This document shows, piece after piece, positions 47,647-62,978 of a stretch of 64,000 nucleotides of DNA. The position numbers and the translations under genes were made by a program. The notes beneath the pieces are model-generated. The model did no database searches. It was not told where the DNA came from and saw only the letters and a program-made list of their open reading frames with translations. This DNA comes from the human T2T-CHM13v2.0 reference genome, Homo sapiens: assembly GCF_009914755.1 (NCBI RefSeq), contig NC_060931.1. The stretch is one strand, 5' to 3'. How positions within the stretch are numbered: the first letter of the stretch is position 1; each line of letters opens with the position of its first letter.

Positions 47647-49159
47647 TTACAGGTCTGAGAACCGCGCAGGTCAAGCCATTCATAACTAGTTCTTTCATGT
47701 ATTCATAACATTCCAAGACAAAACCTCCATTTAGGTGATTATCTGAATGGCTGGGGCCTATGCCACTGGTATACAGAGTATGCCACTTGGTAAGTGGTCT
47801 CTCTTTTCCTAAATGGGGCTTCAGCCAGAAATTTGTCTTGTTTGGTTTTGTAGGGTGGTCAGATTGTGCCAAGCATTACATATGATGCTTGAGTCATAAT
47901 CACGTTGATAACAGAAAAAGAAACCATTTATGGGCCCTTCCTGTACTAAGCACTTCATATGCAGGATCTTGTATGCCTCAGAATTACCCTCCATGGTAGC
48001 TATTGCTGTTACTTCCAATTTCTTGATGAGGACACTGGCTCAGAGAGGTTAAGTAACTTGTCTGGGGTCACTCAGCAGTTAGGTGACAGAGCTGGTATTC
48101 TTGCCCTCTCCCTGGGCTGTTTTCTTAGTAGCACCTGTGAGCTCCCGCCTGGAAGAGATGCAGTCATTTCCGCTCACATCCTATTGGCTGGAACTGGTCA
48201 CATGACCCCAGGTGAATTGGGAAGGAGGCTGGGAGGTAGAGAAGCACGTGGCTAACTGGTGAACATTTGCAGCTCAGCATCAGATACAGCCGGGTGCAGG
48301 CAGGGCTCTGTGAGATGTGGTCATCTCTGCACATTGATTGCCATGCAAGGCTTGACTCAGAGCATCTGTTGGCCTGTGTCTGCTTCTCCAACCTGTGCAC
48401 GCACAAATGGGACCAGCCCTTGGCATCTCTGAGAGACTAGAAGAGGCCTTGAACTCCACTTGGGATCAGCTCTTCCGAACGCAGATTAATTGCTGTTGAT
48501 GTTCTTTGGACATAATTTTCCGCGAGACAGGATCATTTGGAAACCCATAAATACACATTCAGATGCACGTGATGGATAATAAACTCGGCTCCAACGAGTC
48601 ATTTGAGCTGCCATAAATCTTGTTTGCATTTTCTTCCCTGGTGCCTGTAAATCAGGCCCTATCTCCGCCTTCTGGGTCCTGGTGGCCCCTACCTGCCATC
48701 CATTACACTGCAGGTGGGGCATCTGACAGTCAGCCCCACACGCCGCCCTCATGCCCTACGCACATCCATCACGTGGCCAACCCTGCATCCTGCCACCCTC
48801 CTGGGGGGCCAAGGTTCCCTGAAGTTTTACTTGTCTCTCGTGCTTTTCTGAATAGCAGTTGTCCCCTACCCCCAAAATCACAGATTACACAAGCCTGATT
48901 GGGTTTTAACGACATGCAAGTTTTAAAAGCAAACTGGAGAGAGCTGCTCCTGGGTTTCTACCTTCTCCTTGGCCTGTGCCCCTGTGAGCTGTTTTGTTTT
49001 CAACAAGCCAACCATGCAAAGAGCAGGCAAAACCTCACGGGGTTTGGAATCAGACGCGGTGGGCTGCAATGGTTCTGTAATTAAGAGATTTCAGCCGAGT
49101 TCTTTCTCTGGGCCTCAGCGTGCTCATCTGCAGGATAGAGATAACAAACCCTACTTCCT

Positions 49160-49515
49160 CAGATTGTATCTCAGTGTAATAATACTCAGGTAATCGACGT
49201 AAGAGAAACCCCCAAAACTCAGTTGCTTAACCCAATGTACAGGTTTGATTTTTGCCCCATGCAAAATCCAGTATGGCAGCTTCCTTCTCTCTTACAGCTT
49301 TGTTTTCTGGAGTGGATATTCCTCTAAGATCACCGCGGCAGGAGAGGAGAGAGACAGAAAGAGGACCTTGGCTCCTAACTGCTCCAGTCCAGAAGAGATG
49401 CAGTCACTTTCTGCTCACATCCTATTGGTTGGAACTGGCCACATGACTCCAGGTGAATTGCAAAGGATGCTGGGAGGTAGAGAAGCACATGGCTAATTGG
49501 TGAACATTTGCATTC
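49160..49515 (-). mobile_element. Old MLT1 (J/K-like) LTR
   Basis: gaaacccccaaaactcagttgcttaa...ctgctcacatcctattgg..gaactggccacatgac. Confidence 0.65.
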
Positions 49516-49611
49516 CTGCAAGAGTGGTTGTGAGTGTTCAATCACATGCAGTTCTCGGGGCAGGGCACCGAAGGGGTCTAGCAGAGCTTCGGGATGTCAG
49601 AGATGAGCCTA

Positions 49612-49989
<378 letters not shown>

Positions 49990-51284
49990 TCAGAGGGACT
50001 GTTCCTCCTTTCTTCCTCCTCCCACCCTAAGGATGAAATCTGTTGCTTGTCCTGGTGGAATTCTCTTTTTCCAGCTCCCATTCTCAAAAGCACCCCATAA
50101 AATACCAAAAATAAACACTGTTCATGGCTTCCATTTGGGGAGGATTTATCTTTTTCCTTTAATACTTCTTACCACAACATACCAGTCTTTCATCTTTGCA
50201 TGCCTGGGTCTGTGACCCTACCCTGGGAGGCAGGCCAAAGGCAGTGTATGCAGGCCTCTTGGGTCAAATGAGGACTTACCCCTCTGAATGCTGAGGAAAG
50301 CACAGGGGACTGTCTGGGGAAGGCAGCACGCAGTGAACAGACAGGGAGATGCTGGGTCTGGGCCTGGAAGGATGCGTAGGAGTTTGTCGAGTGGCAAGGT
50401 TGAGGGAACAGACAGGGAGACATTGGGTCTGGGCCTTGAAGGATGCATAGGAGTTTGTCAAGTGACAAAATTGAGTGTGTTCCTGGCAGAGGGAGCAAAG
50501 TGTGCAGAGAGATAGGAATGGGAATGGACTGGCGTGTTCTGGGAGCAACTGGAAGTTCCGGAAGTCTGGATGTTAGGGTTCCTGGGGATGGAGAGGCCAG
50601 GAGGACTGGGTTGTGGAAGACCAGACTTTATCTCCAGGACAGTGGGGAGCCAGGGAGCAGTGCAAGTGAGGCGGGGACGTCCCAGGACACCTGTCCACCA
50701 CGGCCAACTTTTGTGACAGCACTGACTCTTGTATTGGTGGCAGGGTGGCTTGTTTTCTCCCCACATTTCACTTCCTGAGCAAAGGCAGTCTTGCAAGAAT
50801 CTGAAAGGAGGCACCACATAAAATGACTCTTTTTTTTTTTTAAGTAAAAAGTCAACAGTTCCGTGATCTTTGTAAAAATTAATCAGGAACACATGCGTTC
50901 TATTTTTCGTAAATTGCAAGGGATCAAAAGGAAAGGAAAATGCTCTTAGGGTGAAAGACAATGGGAGTTCCATCACCAGCTGGAACACTCCACACACTGT
51001 CTTGGAGTTGGGGGGCCTTCCCTGCACCCGGCGTCCTGGTGTGCCTCCCTGGAGAGAGAGCATGGGCTGGGCACGAGATATGGGGTGGGCTTAGATACGA
51101 CCCAGACCTGAGATGCTCCCAGACAGGAGCAGGGGACCAGGCCCAGCAGGGGGCAATGACAATCTCTGGAGGGACAGTCCAGGGCCGAGGGAACCCAGAG
51201 AAGGCCTCTAAGTGTCTCAGACACAGGAGGAGGAACAATTGGAGAGGAGACCAAATGGGTGGGCTGGGGATGTATTAAGACTGT

Positions 51285-51877
51285 CTTTTTTTTTTTTTTT
51301 TTTTTTTTTTGAGACAGGGCCTCTTTCTGTCACCCAGGCTGGAGTGCAGTAGCACGATCTCAGCTCACTGCAACCTCTGACTCCTGGGTTCAAGCAATTC
51401 TCCTGCCTCAGCCTGAGACTGTCTAGAATGTACAGCTAATGAATCTCTATTTTTCTCTTGTACTTTTCTCCCTTACTATCTGAGGATGGGGGCACAATGG
51501 CAAAAGCCCTGGGCACAGAAAATCAATCCAGCTTTTCTCTTACAGTGAGGCCAATCCCATACTTTGTAGGGTTTTTCATTTTTTTTTTTCTTTTTGAGAT
51601 GGACTCTCGCTCTGTCACCCAGGTTGGAGTGCAGTGGCACGATCTCGGCTCACTGCAACCTCTGCCTCCTGGGTTCCAGCTGTTCTCCTGCTTCAGCCTC
51701 CTGAGTAGCTGAGATTACAGGCATGCGCCACCACGCCCTGCTAATTTTTGCATTTTTAGTAGAAATGGGATTTCACCATGTTGGCCAGGCTGGTGTCAAA
51801 CTTCTGGCCTCAAGGGATCAGCCCGCCTCAGCCTCCCAAAGTGCTGGGATTGCAGGCGTGAGCCACCATGCCCAGCC
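51285..51877 (-). mobile_element. Antisense Alu right-arm fragment (51285-51413) and full Alu (51578-51877)
   Basis: Alu motifs; the first is flanked by agactgtct. Confidence 0.88.
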
Positions 51878-53621
51878 CCAATCCCATCCTTTGAACCTCA
51901 ATGCCCTCATCTGTAAAATGGAGATCATAATGAGCCCTACTTCCCCCAGGGGAGCTATGGACAGGTTCACGCTCTCCGGGGCCTCTCTCACACTGGCCTT
52001 CCCCTTGCCGGCCTCCCCTGGGTCTATCTGCTGTGGGGGCTGCAGTCACTCATGGGCAGGAGAGGTGAGGAAATGCAGTTGCACAGGCCTAGACCCAGCT
52101 GATGCCCTGTGTGTCCAAAGCCCAGTGGGGCCTGGGCTTCTGGTGGCCAGGACGCCCCTATGTCCAACCCAGGGTGGAGAAAGAGGCCAGGAGGACATGG
52201 TACTCTGAAGGCCTTTTGTGTGGCATCCTCAAGGAACCAGATCCAGGGCTCCTCCTGCACCCTGAGCCCCACCACGGGACCAGAGCAGCACCCAGCCTGC
52301 CGCCAGCCACCCCCGCGGTGGCCTGGTGCCAGCCCTGCAGGCGGGCAGTGAGATAATCCGGCTAGACGGGCTGCCATCTTGGCACGTCCCAAGACGCCCG
52401 AGGCCACGGGGAGCTTCAAAAGGAAAATTAATGTCTCTTACCAGCAATTAGAGGAAATTATTCAGATAGAAATCTTGTTTTCTATCTCCTCATCCTTGTT
52501 TTTGAATCCCCAGCCTTTGATTTCTTTCTTCTCTGGGGATTCTCAGAAAGACACTCTGAGAGCCTGGGCTGTGCACTGAGGCCTAATGAGGGCCTGGCAC
52601 ACCTGGCATCACAGCCTCGCCCGGGGTAGTCGGCTTCTGAGGCCTGTGCCTCCTGAACCCAGCCCTGAGGTCTTCCAAAGAGGCTGGCGGGCCCTTGGCA
52701 GCTGAGGGCAGCTCTCCCGAGGTGGGTGGGCCTCTGCTGGGGCTGGCTCCCCCTGATGCCCAAGGGAGGTGGCACCGGGCTACAGGCGGACGTCATGCAC
52801 CTGGGGTGAAGGGGTGCTGAGGGCACTCTTGGGTGGAGGAGAGGCCCAAGGGGTGGACTCAGTGGGAACTGACACCCTTCCTGTCTCAGCGGGGACCCCT
52901 CATGCTCTCCGCCCGTCAGTCTTTCCCCACTGCCTCAGATGCAGCCTCAACTTCCCAATCTGGCGCTCAAAGCCCTGCAGATCTATCCTCGTCAGCTTCC
53001 CTGGCCCTTCCCCCCATCCCCTCCTCTAAATGTCCCCCGCTCCACTTGCCCAGGGTGCTGGGCTTATTCCAGACAGGAGCTCAGCCGCCATGACCCACGG
53101 TGGCACACACCCTGACCTGACGTAAATGACCTTCTTCTCTTTTTCTATCTGGCAGACTCCTGCACCTCCTCAGGTGGCCCAGCCCTGCCTCACCTTCTCA
53201 GGGATGCTGGCTTGGACCCCACCCAAGAGAACAGTTGGCATCTCCATCACCTAGCCCAGGCCACTGTCCTGAGCTAATCAGGAGCTACTCATGGGCTCTC
53301 TTCCCTAGAAACTCCTCGAAGCCAGGGAGAAGGGCGGCTTCATCTCCAGGTTCCCAGCACCAGGTGGCCCAGAATGGGCTTTAATAAGCTCCTGCTTGAA
53401 TGAGTGACACCCAATGATAATGATGGTTTGAATAAATAAAAGAATGAAAGAATGAATGGGACTGATTAGAAGAGGCACCAGGAACAAGGTGTCAAGAGAC
53501 TAATCTTGAATCATGATTCAGTCACTTCCTCCCTGTGTGACATGGAGCAAGTTGCTTTACCTCTCTGGGCTTCATTTTTCAGTTCTGTAGAATGGGATTA
53601 ATAGTTTTAGCCCTGCCTTCA

Positions 53622-53960
<339 letters not shown>

Positions 53961-54000
53961 GGGGTTGAGCATGCAATTATATTAAAATTACATGTACCAC

Positions 54001-54392
54001 TCATCCCTCCCTCCATCCATCCATCCATCTACTCATTCATCCAATTATCAATTCATCCATCCATCCACTCATCCATCCACCCGTCTATTCATCTATTCAC
54101 CCATCCACCATCCATCCACTCATTCATCCATCCACGCACTCACACAGTCATTCACCCCCTCACCCATCTAGGTATCCATCCAATTATCCACCCATCCATC
54201 CATTCATCCATCCATTCACTCATTTATTTATCCATCCAATTATCCACCCATCCATCCATTCACTCATCTATTTATCCATCCAGTTATCCACACATCCATC
54301 CATTCATCCACCCATTTATTTATCCATCCAATTATCTATCCATCCATCATCCATCCATCCATCCATCCATCCATCCATCCATCCATCCATCC
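54001..54392. repeat. (ATCC)n/(ATTC)n compound repeat at an L2 3' end
   Basis: Directly visible; followed by L2-like cactgagacctcctgcatgccaggcctgtg. Confidence 0.94.
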
Positions 54393-54577
54393 TCTTGTCC
54401 ATTCCTTTAACAACCACTCACTGAGACCTCCTGCATGCCAGGCCTGTGTTGAGGAATGGGGGACAGTGTGGGGTCAGAAGAAGTACCTGCCCAGGGAGAG
54501 GTCATCAGTGGCAGCAGAGAAGCCCAGACAGGAGCTAAAGGAAGGAGGCTGAGCATGCCATCTCAAGAGTGCAGCCC

Positions 54578-55291
<714 letters not shown>

Positions 55292-56124
55292 TCATGCTCA
55301 GCTGGCTTCAGAAACCCTAGGAGGCCAGGAACACTTCTGCCAGGGGTCCAGTTGGGAGGACACCTGGAGAACCTGGAGGTGGAGGTAAAGAGGAAGGGAA
55401 AACCAGACACAGAGAGGTGAAGAAATATGCCCCCAACTACTGTTGAATTGGGATGTGAGTCCTGAGCCACATTCTTAACCAGGTCCACATCCTGGATCAA
55501 ATGGGCCCTCAAGTCCAGTGCTTGGAAAGCCTCCAATAAGTGGCTGGCCAGCATCTGTTACATACTTCCCCTGACGAGACACTCACTACCTTTCCAGGCT
55601 AGTGAGGCTCATCTGTGTACGGCTCTGACTGTGAAAAGCTCTTTCTTGGATAGAGGATCCACATTGGCCCTGGCTCGGCGCACTGGACCCTGTATTCCTG
55701 CTGGCCTGGAATGTCCGTGCAGAAACTTGAAGACAGTGGTGTGTCTCTGAGCCTTCTCTTTCCCAACATGGGTACTCTTCCCTGCTCCCCCCAAGTCCTT
55801 TCACCTCCCAGCTGTCCGTCTGGCACAGAAGATCAAGTGCATTGTTGAGACCACAAGGGAGGGGAGGCAGCTTAGGAGATCAGGAAAAAAACTTATGACA
55901 CTAATTTAGGGTCTTAGCCTCACTCTTGGCCTTATCCTGTGCTTTCTAGACATTAACTTTCGTCAGCCCCCAAATCTTGATTTAATCATTCCATCTTAAT
56001 GTATTGTCTTCATTGCTATAAAATGCCTTGATTCCTTTTGGGGAGTAGAGATAAGTAATAAATAAAGGTACCAGTTAACCCCCCCTAAGTTTTGGGGGAT
56101 GATCACATCTGGGTCCTTTCTCTC

Positions 56125-56604
<480 letters not shown>

Positions 56605-57844
56605 AATATGCCTCTCATCTTTCTTCTCCCCATAGAGCAGTCAAGTGAGGAGGACTGCCTGATCCTAGAGACTCTGATCCTCCCAAGACGCAGACCAGGG
56701 CTCTATTCTCACAGGACTTTCCCCTCAAGTGACTCTCCTCTGTGCACACATGCTGTCTTACTCTGTATTCTTTTAGGAGCCACAGGGCTTCAAGCATGCA
56801 CCCATTCATTCAACATATGTTCAACACCACTATCTGGCAGGCCCCAGGCTGGGGACTTGTGACTGGGGACTTACAGATTGGACAGAGCTGCCTTCTCTAC
56901 CAGTGCCTTGAGGGGACTCACTCTATGTCATGTGCATGATTCATGCTATCTCATTTAACCCTCACAACATCCGGGCCCATTTTATAGATGAGAAAACTGC
57001 AGAGCCTGGAGTGCCAAGTGGGTGATTTCTATCTGTTCCACTCCGAAGACCCAGGCTTACCACTCCAAAATGACAGTGGTGGTGATTTTTTCTTTTCTTG
57101 TTCGGTCTTCACTATGGCTCTGAGAGGAAGCTGTTCATTGCTCTATTTGCCAAGGGGGAAAACCTGAAGCTCAGGGATGTTGACCGGTCCAACTTGCAAG
57201 CTTAATGAAAATGCAGGACTCTGTCTCCTAAGCCAGGTGGTGGTGCAAAATGAGCCCCACTCCTGGGGTGGAACCTTGAGTTGGGAGCCCTGAGTTCTTG
57301 GCTCAGCTCCACTGGGGATGTCAAGGGTGACCTTGGGCAAGTCACTTCTCATGATCTAAGCCATTCTGTGCCCCTCAGCCCTGATTGCTCTGAGCCCCAG
57401 ACCCTGCCATCCCCTGTCACTTGAGCTTCATCATAAGATGTTCCATGAGCATTGCCACTTATTGCAACACAGATGGAACTCTCTAAGCCTCTGTTTCCTC
57501 ATGTGTAAAAACTGGATAACAGTAGTTTCTACTTTACAGAATATTGTGAGGATACAATAATATCATACTCTCAATGGATTCCTCACACTGCAGTGGTGTG
57601 ATCTCAGCTCACTGCAACCTCCGCCTCCCGGATTCTGGGTTCAAGTGATTCTCCTGCCTCAGCCTCCTGAGTAGCTGGGATTACAGGTGCACTCAATTAA
57701 TGTTAGCCATTAACTCTCTGGGAACATGTCCCCACTGTCTAGCTGGCTGTGGTACTCATGTATGAAGCCCACAAACATTCAAGTATCCAACGATCACCTA
57801 AAATGCACACAAGTTCATCCATTCAGTGTTGACATGGACAGATG

Positions 57845-58385
57845 GTATGATGGATTACAGATGGCTATAAATTATTTGTCATGCCTTTCAAGAAATCTAT
57901 TTCCCCTCCTGTTTAGTCTAGACTATCCTCATGGCTGCTTACCCAATAGAATGCAATGGAAGGAACAGTGGCCAGTCAGGGTCCTAGTCTTTGTGAAGAC
58001 TGGCAGTTTCTGCTTCTCCCTCTTGGAACACTTGCTCTTGGGACACTGCTTCTCAGAAACCAGCCATCATGCTCCAAAAGACGTACAGAAGCCACATTTA
58101 GGCACTCTGGTTGACAGCCCCGCTAAAGTCCCAGGCAACATCCAACATGAGCTGCCAGTCATATGGATGGGCCATCTTGGATATTCCAGCTCGCTATAGC
58201 TCCCAGATGGCTGCATCCCCAACCAACATCACATAAAGCAGAAGAACCTCCCAGCCAAGCACAGTCAACTCATAGGATAATGAGATTTAAGATGGTTATT
58301 GCTTTAAACCACTAAGTGTTGGGACAATTTGTTATGCAGAAAACCAAAGTGTTGGGGCAATTTGTTATGCAGAAAACCAAAACAT
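57845..58385 (+). mobile_element. MLT1G/H-like MaLR LTR
   Basis: gatggctataaattattt...ccaatagaatgcaatggaag...gctttaaaccactaagtgttggg..tttgttatgcag. Confidence 0.75.
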
Positions 58386-58479
58386 ATAGTATACCCATTT
58401 ATGAAACTTTAAAGTATTTATTTACTACTTTTTGAAAAAGATTAGTCATTCTGTACTACAGAAAACTATAACAATAATT

Positions 58480-58790
58480 TGCTGCCTGTATTTGTATAGC
58501 CTGCAAGGTAAGCAAGGCTTTTACACTATAACATGGCTGGAAAAAATCAAAAGAAGAATATTATTTTGTGAGCTATGTGAGAAATTTATACAAAATTCGA
58601 ATTTTAGTATCCACAAATAAAGTTTGATTGGAATACAGGCATGCTCATTCATTTATAGCTTGTCCACAGCTGCTTTGTCATGAGAGCAGTAGAGTTCCAT
58701 GGTGGTATCAGAGGCCATATGGACCACAGCACCTAAAATATTTACTGTCTGGCCCTTTCCAGGAAAAGTTCACCAACTCCCTTCTCTAGA
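58480..58790. mobile_element. MER58B-like MITE
   Basis: aaaatcaaaagaagaatattatttt...aaataaagtttgattggaa...cctaaaatatttactgtctggccctt. Confidence 0.78.
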
Positions 58791-58911
58791 CCATTAAATA
58801 TGTATCATCATTTTGAACTTAAAATCCTGCATATAAGAACTTGTATGTGTCTGAAACTTATTGACTGAGTCCTGTAAGGAAAAAGCAAAAAAGCAACAGT
58901 GGGCATTTTTG

Positions 58912-59630
<719 letters not shown>

Positions 59631-61942
59631 TCAAAAGGAAACTCTGATTATGGGGGTGAACAGGGGACTTTGAAGAAAGAAACCAGAAATGGAAGGGGTC
59701 CTAGTGGGAAAAGGACATTCCCTAAGGCCAGGACAGTATCCATGCCCCCAGCCCCTTCTATCCTCCCCACCCCCACTGTCCTGCCCTGGCCAGAGCTCCA
59801 GGCCACACTGTTCCCACTGTAGGGCCTACACTAGCTGTCTCCATCTTTGTCCCCTGCCCATCTTCCTCCACTAGGGCTCAGCTTGACAACCCTTCCTCAT
59901 GCAGCCTACCACCTCTAAGCCTGCATTCCCTCCCTTCTCTATGCTCTGAAGTTCTGTATACAGGACTTGCCTCTAAGATCCCACTGGCCAGGTCGTAACG
60001 TTGAGACCCAACCACTCATTCTGCTCCCTGGGCTGGGTGCACCTCGTGGGTAGTCATTGGCCTTATTTATCTCTGGGCCCCCCGGGAAGGCATGAGAGCC
60101 AAGCTGCTGAATACAGGGGCCCTGCAGCTTGTACTGAGCATTTGAGTACCAGACACTTCTAGGATTTCACGATGGAAGACCCTATGATACGGCATCTCCT
60201 TCCCATGCCCCACTATCAGGGACAAGGGGTGCAGAGACAACGGGGCCTCCCAGCTGGAGGGACTGTTCAGGGCCAGCTCTGAGCTGCCTCCCACCCTCGC
60301 CTAGCCTCTGGCAGGGCCTCTGGCCAGGCAGGAACGGCCAACAGAGTCACCTCCTGCTGACAAGCCTGGCACTGACAGCCAGGATCTGGGAGAACAAGAA
60401 GTCCATTCAAGGCGCAGGGCCGGGCGGGCCCACTTTCAGGTGTATGATCTCACCTCTCGGAAACTGGCAAGCCGCCGGAGGGCCTCGTCAAGGCTTTGAT
60501 GACCCTGTGCTGAGGACGCAAATCCTAGGCCTGGCCGACACCCTGCTCCAAGGACCAATGACTGAGGCCAGAGAGGGTCCCAGATGGAGCCTGGGTAGGG
60601 GTGAAACTGCACAGGCGGACGGGCAGAGCGTCCACCCTGGAGAAGAGACCCAGGCCCAACCAGGCCCCAGAGCCTGCACGAGCACCTGGAGTGGCAGGGA
60701 CAGCCCAGCCCCCTCCTGCCCCACTTCCTGGGAAGCAGCAGCTTGTGTGTTCTGGTCGGTCGGCTTTGGCAAAGCTGACTGGTGACGTCAGGCAGGCACC
60801 CCCTCTCATCCAGATCCTGGGCCCCCCACACACTGGGCCCAGCTGGGGGATGGAGCTAAAGGAACTTTGCTCCCAGCTCATCTTGTTTCTGGGCTTTGTT
60901 GCCCAGTGGCCACTGGCACCCTGGTGGAAGGGACCAGCCAGGGGGAGTAGTAGGCCCCATCTCAGCTGGAATCTCCCAGGGTAACTGGGCCTGCAGCTTG
61001 CTGGAGTCCGTACTTTTCTGTGAGCTCACAGGGCAGATCCCAGAAGCCAAAACTGACCCAGAGGGAATGGAACTCAGATGGTCAAGAAACCACTGCCCTC
61101 TGCCCTCTTGGCATGTGACCTTAGTTCCACCCATAGAGACCAGATGGCAGTCTCTGGCTTTTCCAAGGACCCGCGGGGCAGGAATGCAAGACAGAGCACA
61201 CACTGGCCTCTCACTGTGACCAGCAGTGGCCTCTGTCGTCACCTCTGTGGACGGCAACACGGGCCTTCCATCCATTCCCCAAAAGGAAGGCAAAGCCACA
61301 GCACCCATGCAGGGGCCGAAGCCTCACGGGAGGTTCCCCATGCCTTCGAAATGACTACTCTGCTCTGGCCGGAGGACCCGGGTCCTGCCACCTGACCTGA
61401 GAGCCTCTCTCAGCTCAGGTCCTGCCTCCTGATCACTCGCTGAGCTTGGCCTCCCAACAACTGTGATGACAACAGGCTGTCTACTGCCTCTCGGAGCTCC
61501 TCCTGCCCTGGCGGGCCTGGCTCATTGGTGCCCTGGATGGCTCCCCATCTCCCAGCAACCGGGACTTCTCCCTCCTCCAGGCCCCCGGGACTCTGCCTAG
61601 CCCATGCCCTGGGATGTTTATGGATGTGTCCACTGCCCAGCTTCTCAAGAACAGAGGCTGGGTGTGAGCCCACACCGATTCCTAGTGCTTAGCATAAGCC
61701 TGGTCCAAGGAGGCACCCACTGGTGGTTTGCAAAGTGAAGTCTCTGGTAATTGAAAGGGCAGTGTGACCACATCCTTGGAGTGGAAAGATGACAGGCTTC
61801 GAGAGCAGACAGCCGTGGGCAGTTGTGGCCCTTGGACAAGTATCTTAGCTTATCTGAGCCTCAGTTTCCTCATCTGCAGAATGGGAATATTAGCACCTAT
61901 TCCCCTACAAAATAGCACAGCAACACAAGGCTAAAGAGAGGT

Positions 61943-62978
<1,036 letters not shown>

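Noticed and set aside
60430-60790. Acceptor-like cactttcAG followed by a 113-aa ORF in mildly CpG-rich DNA
   Set aside because: No recognisable protein, no convincing donor, and CpG density too low to call an island.
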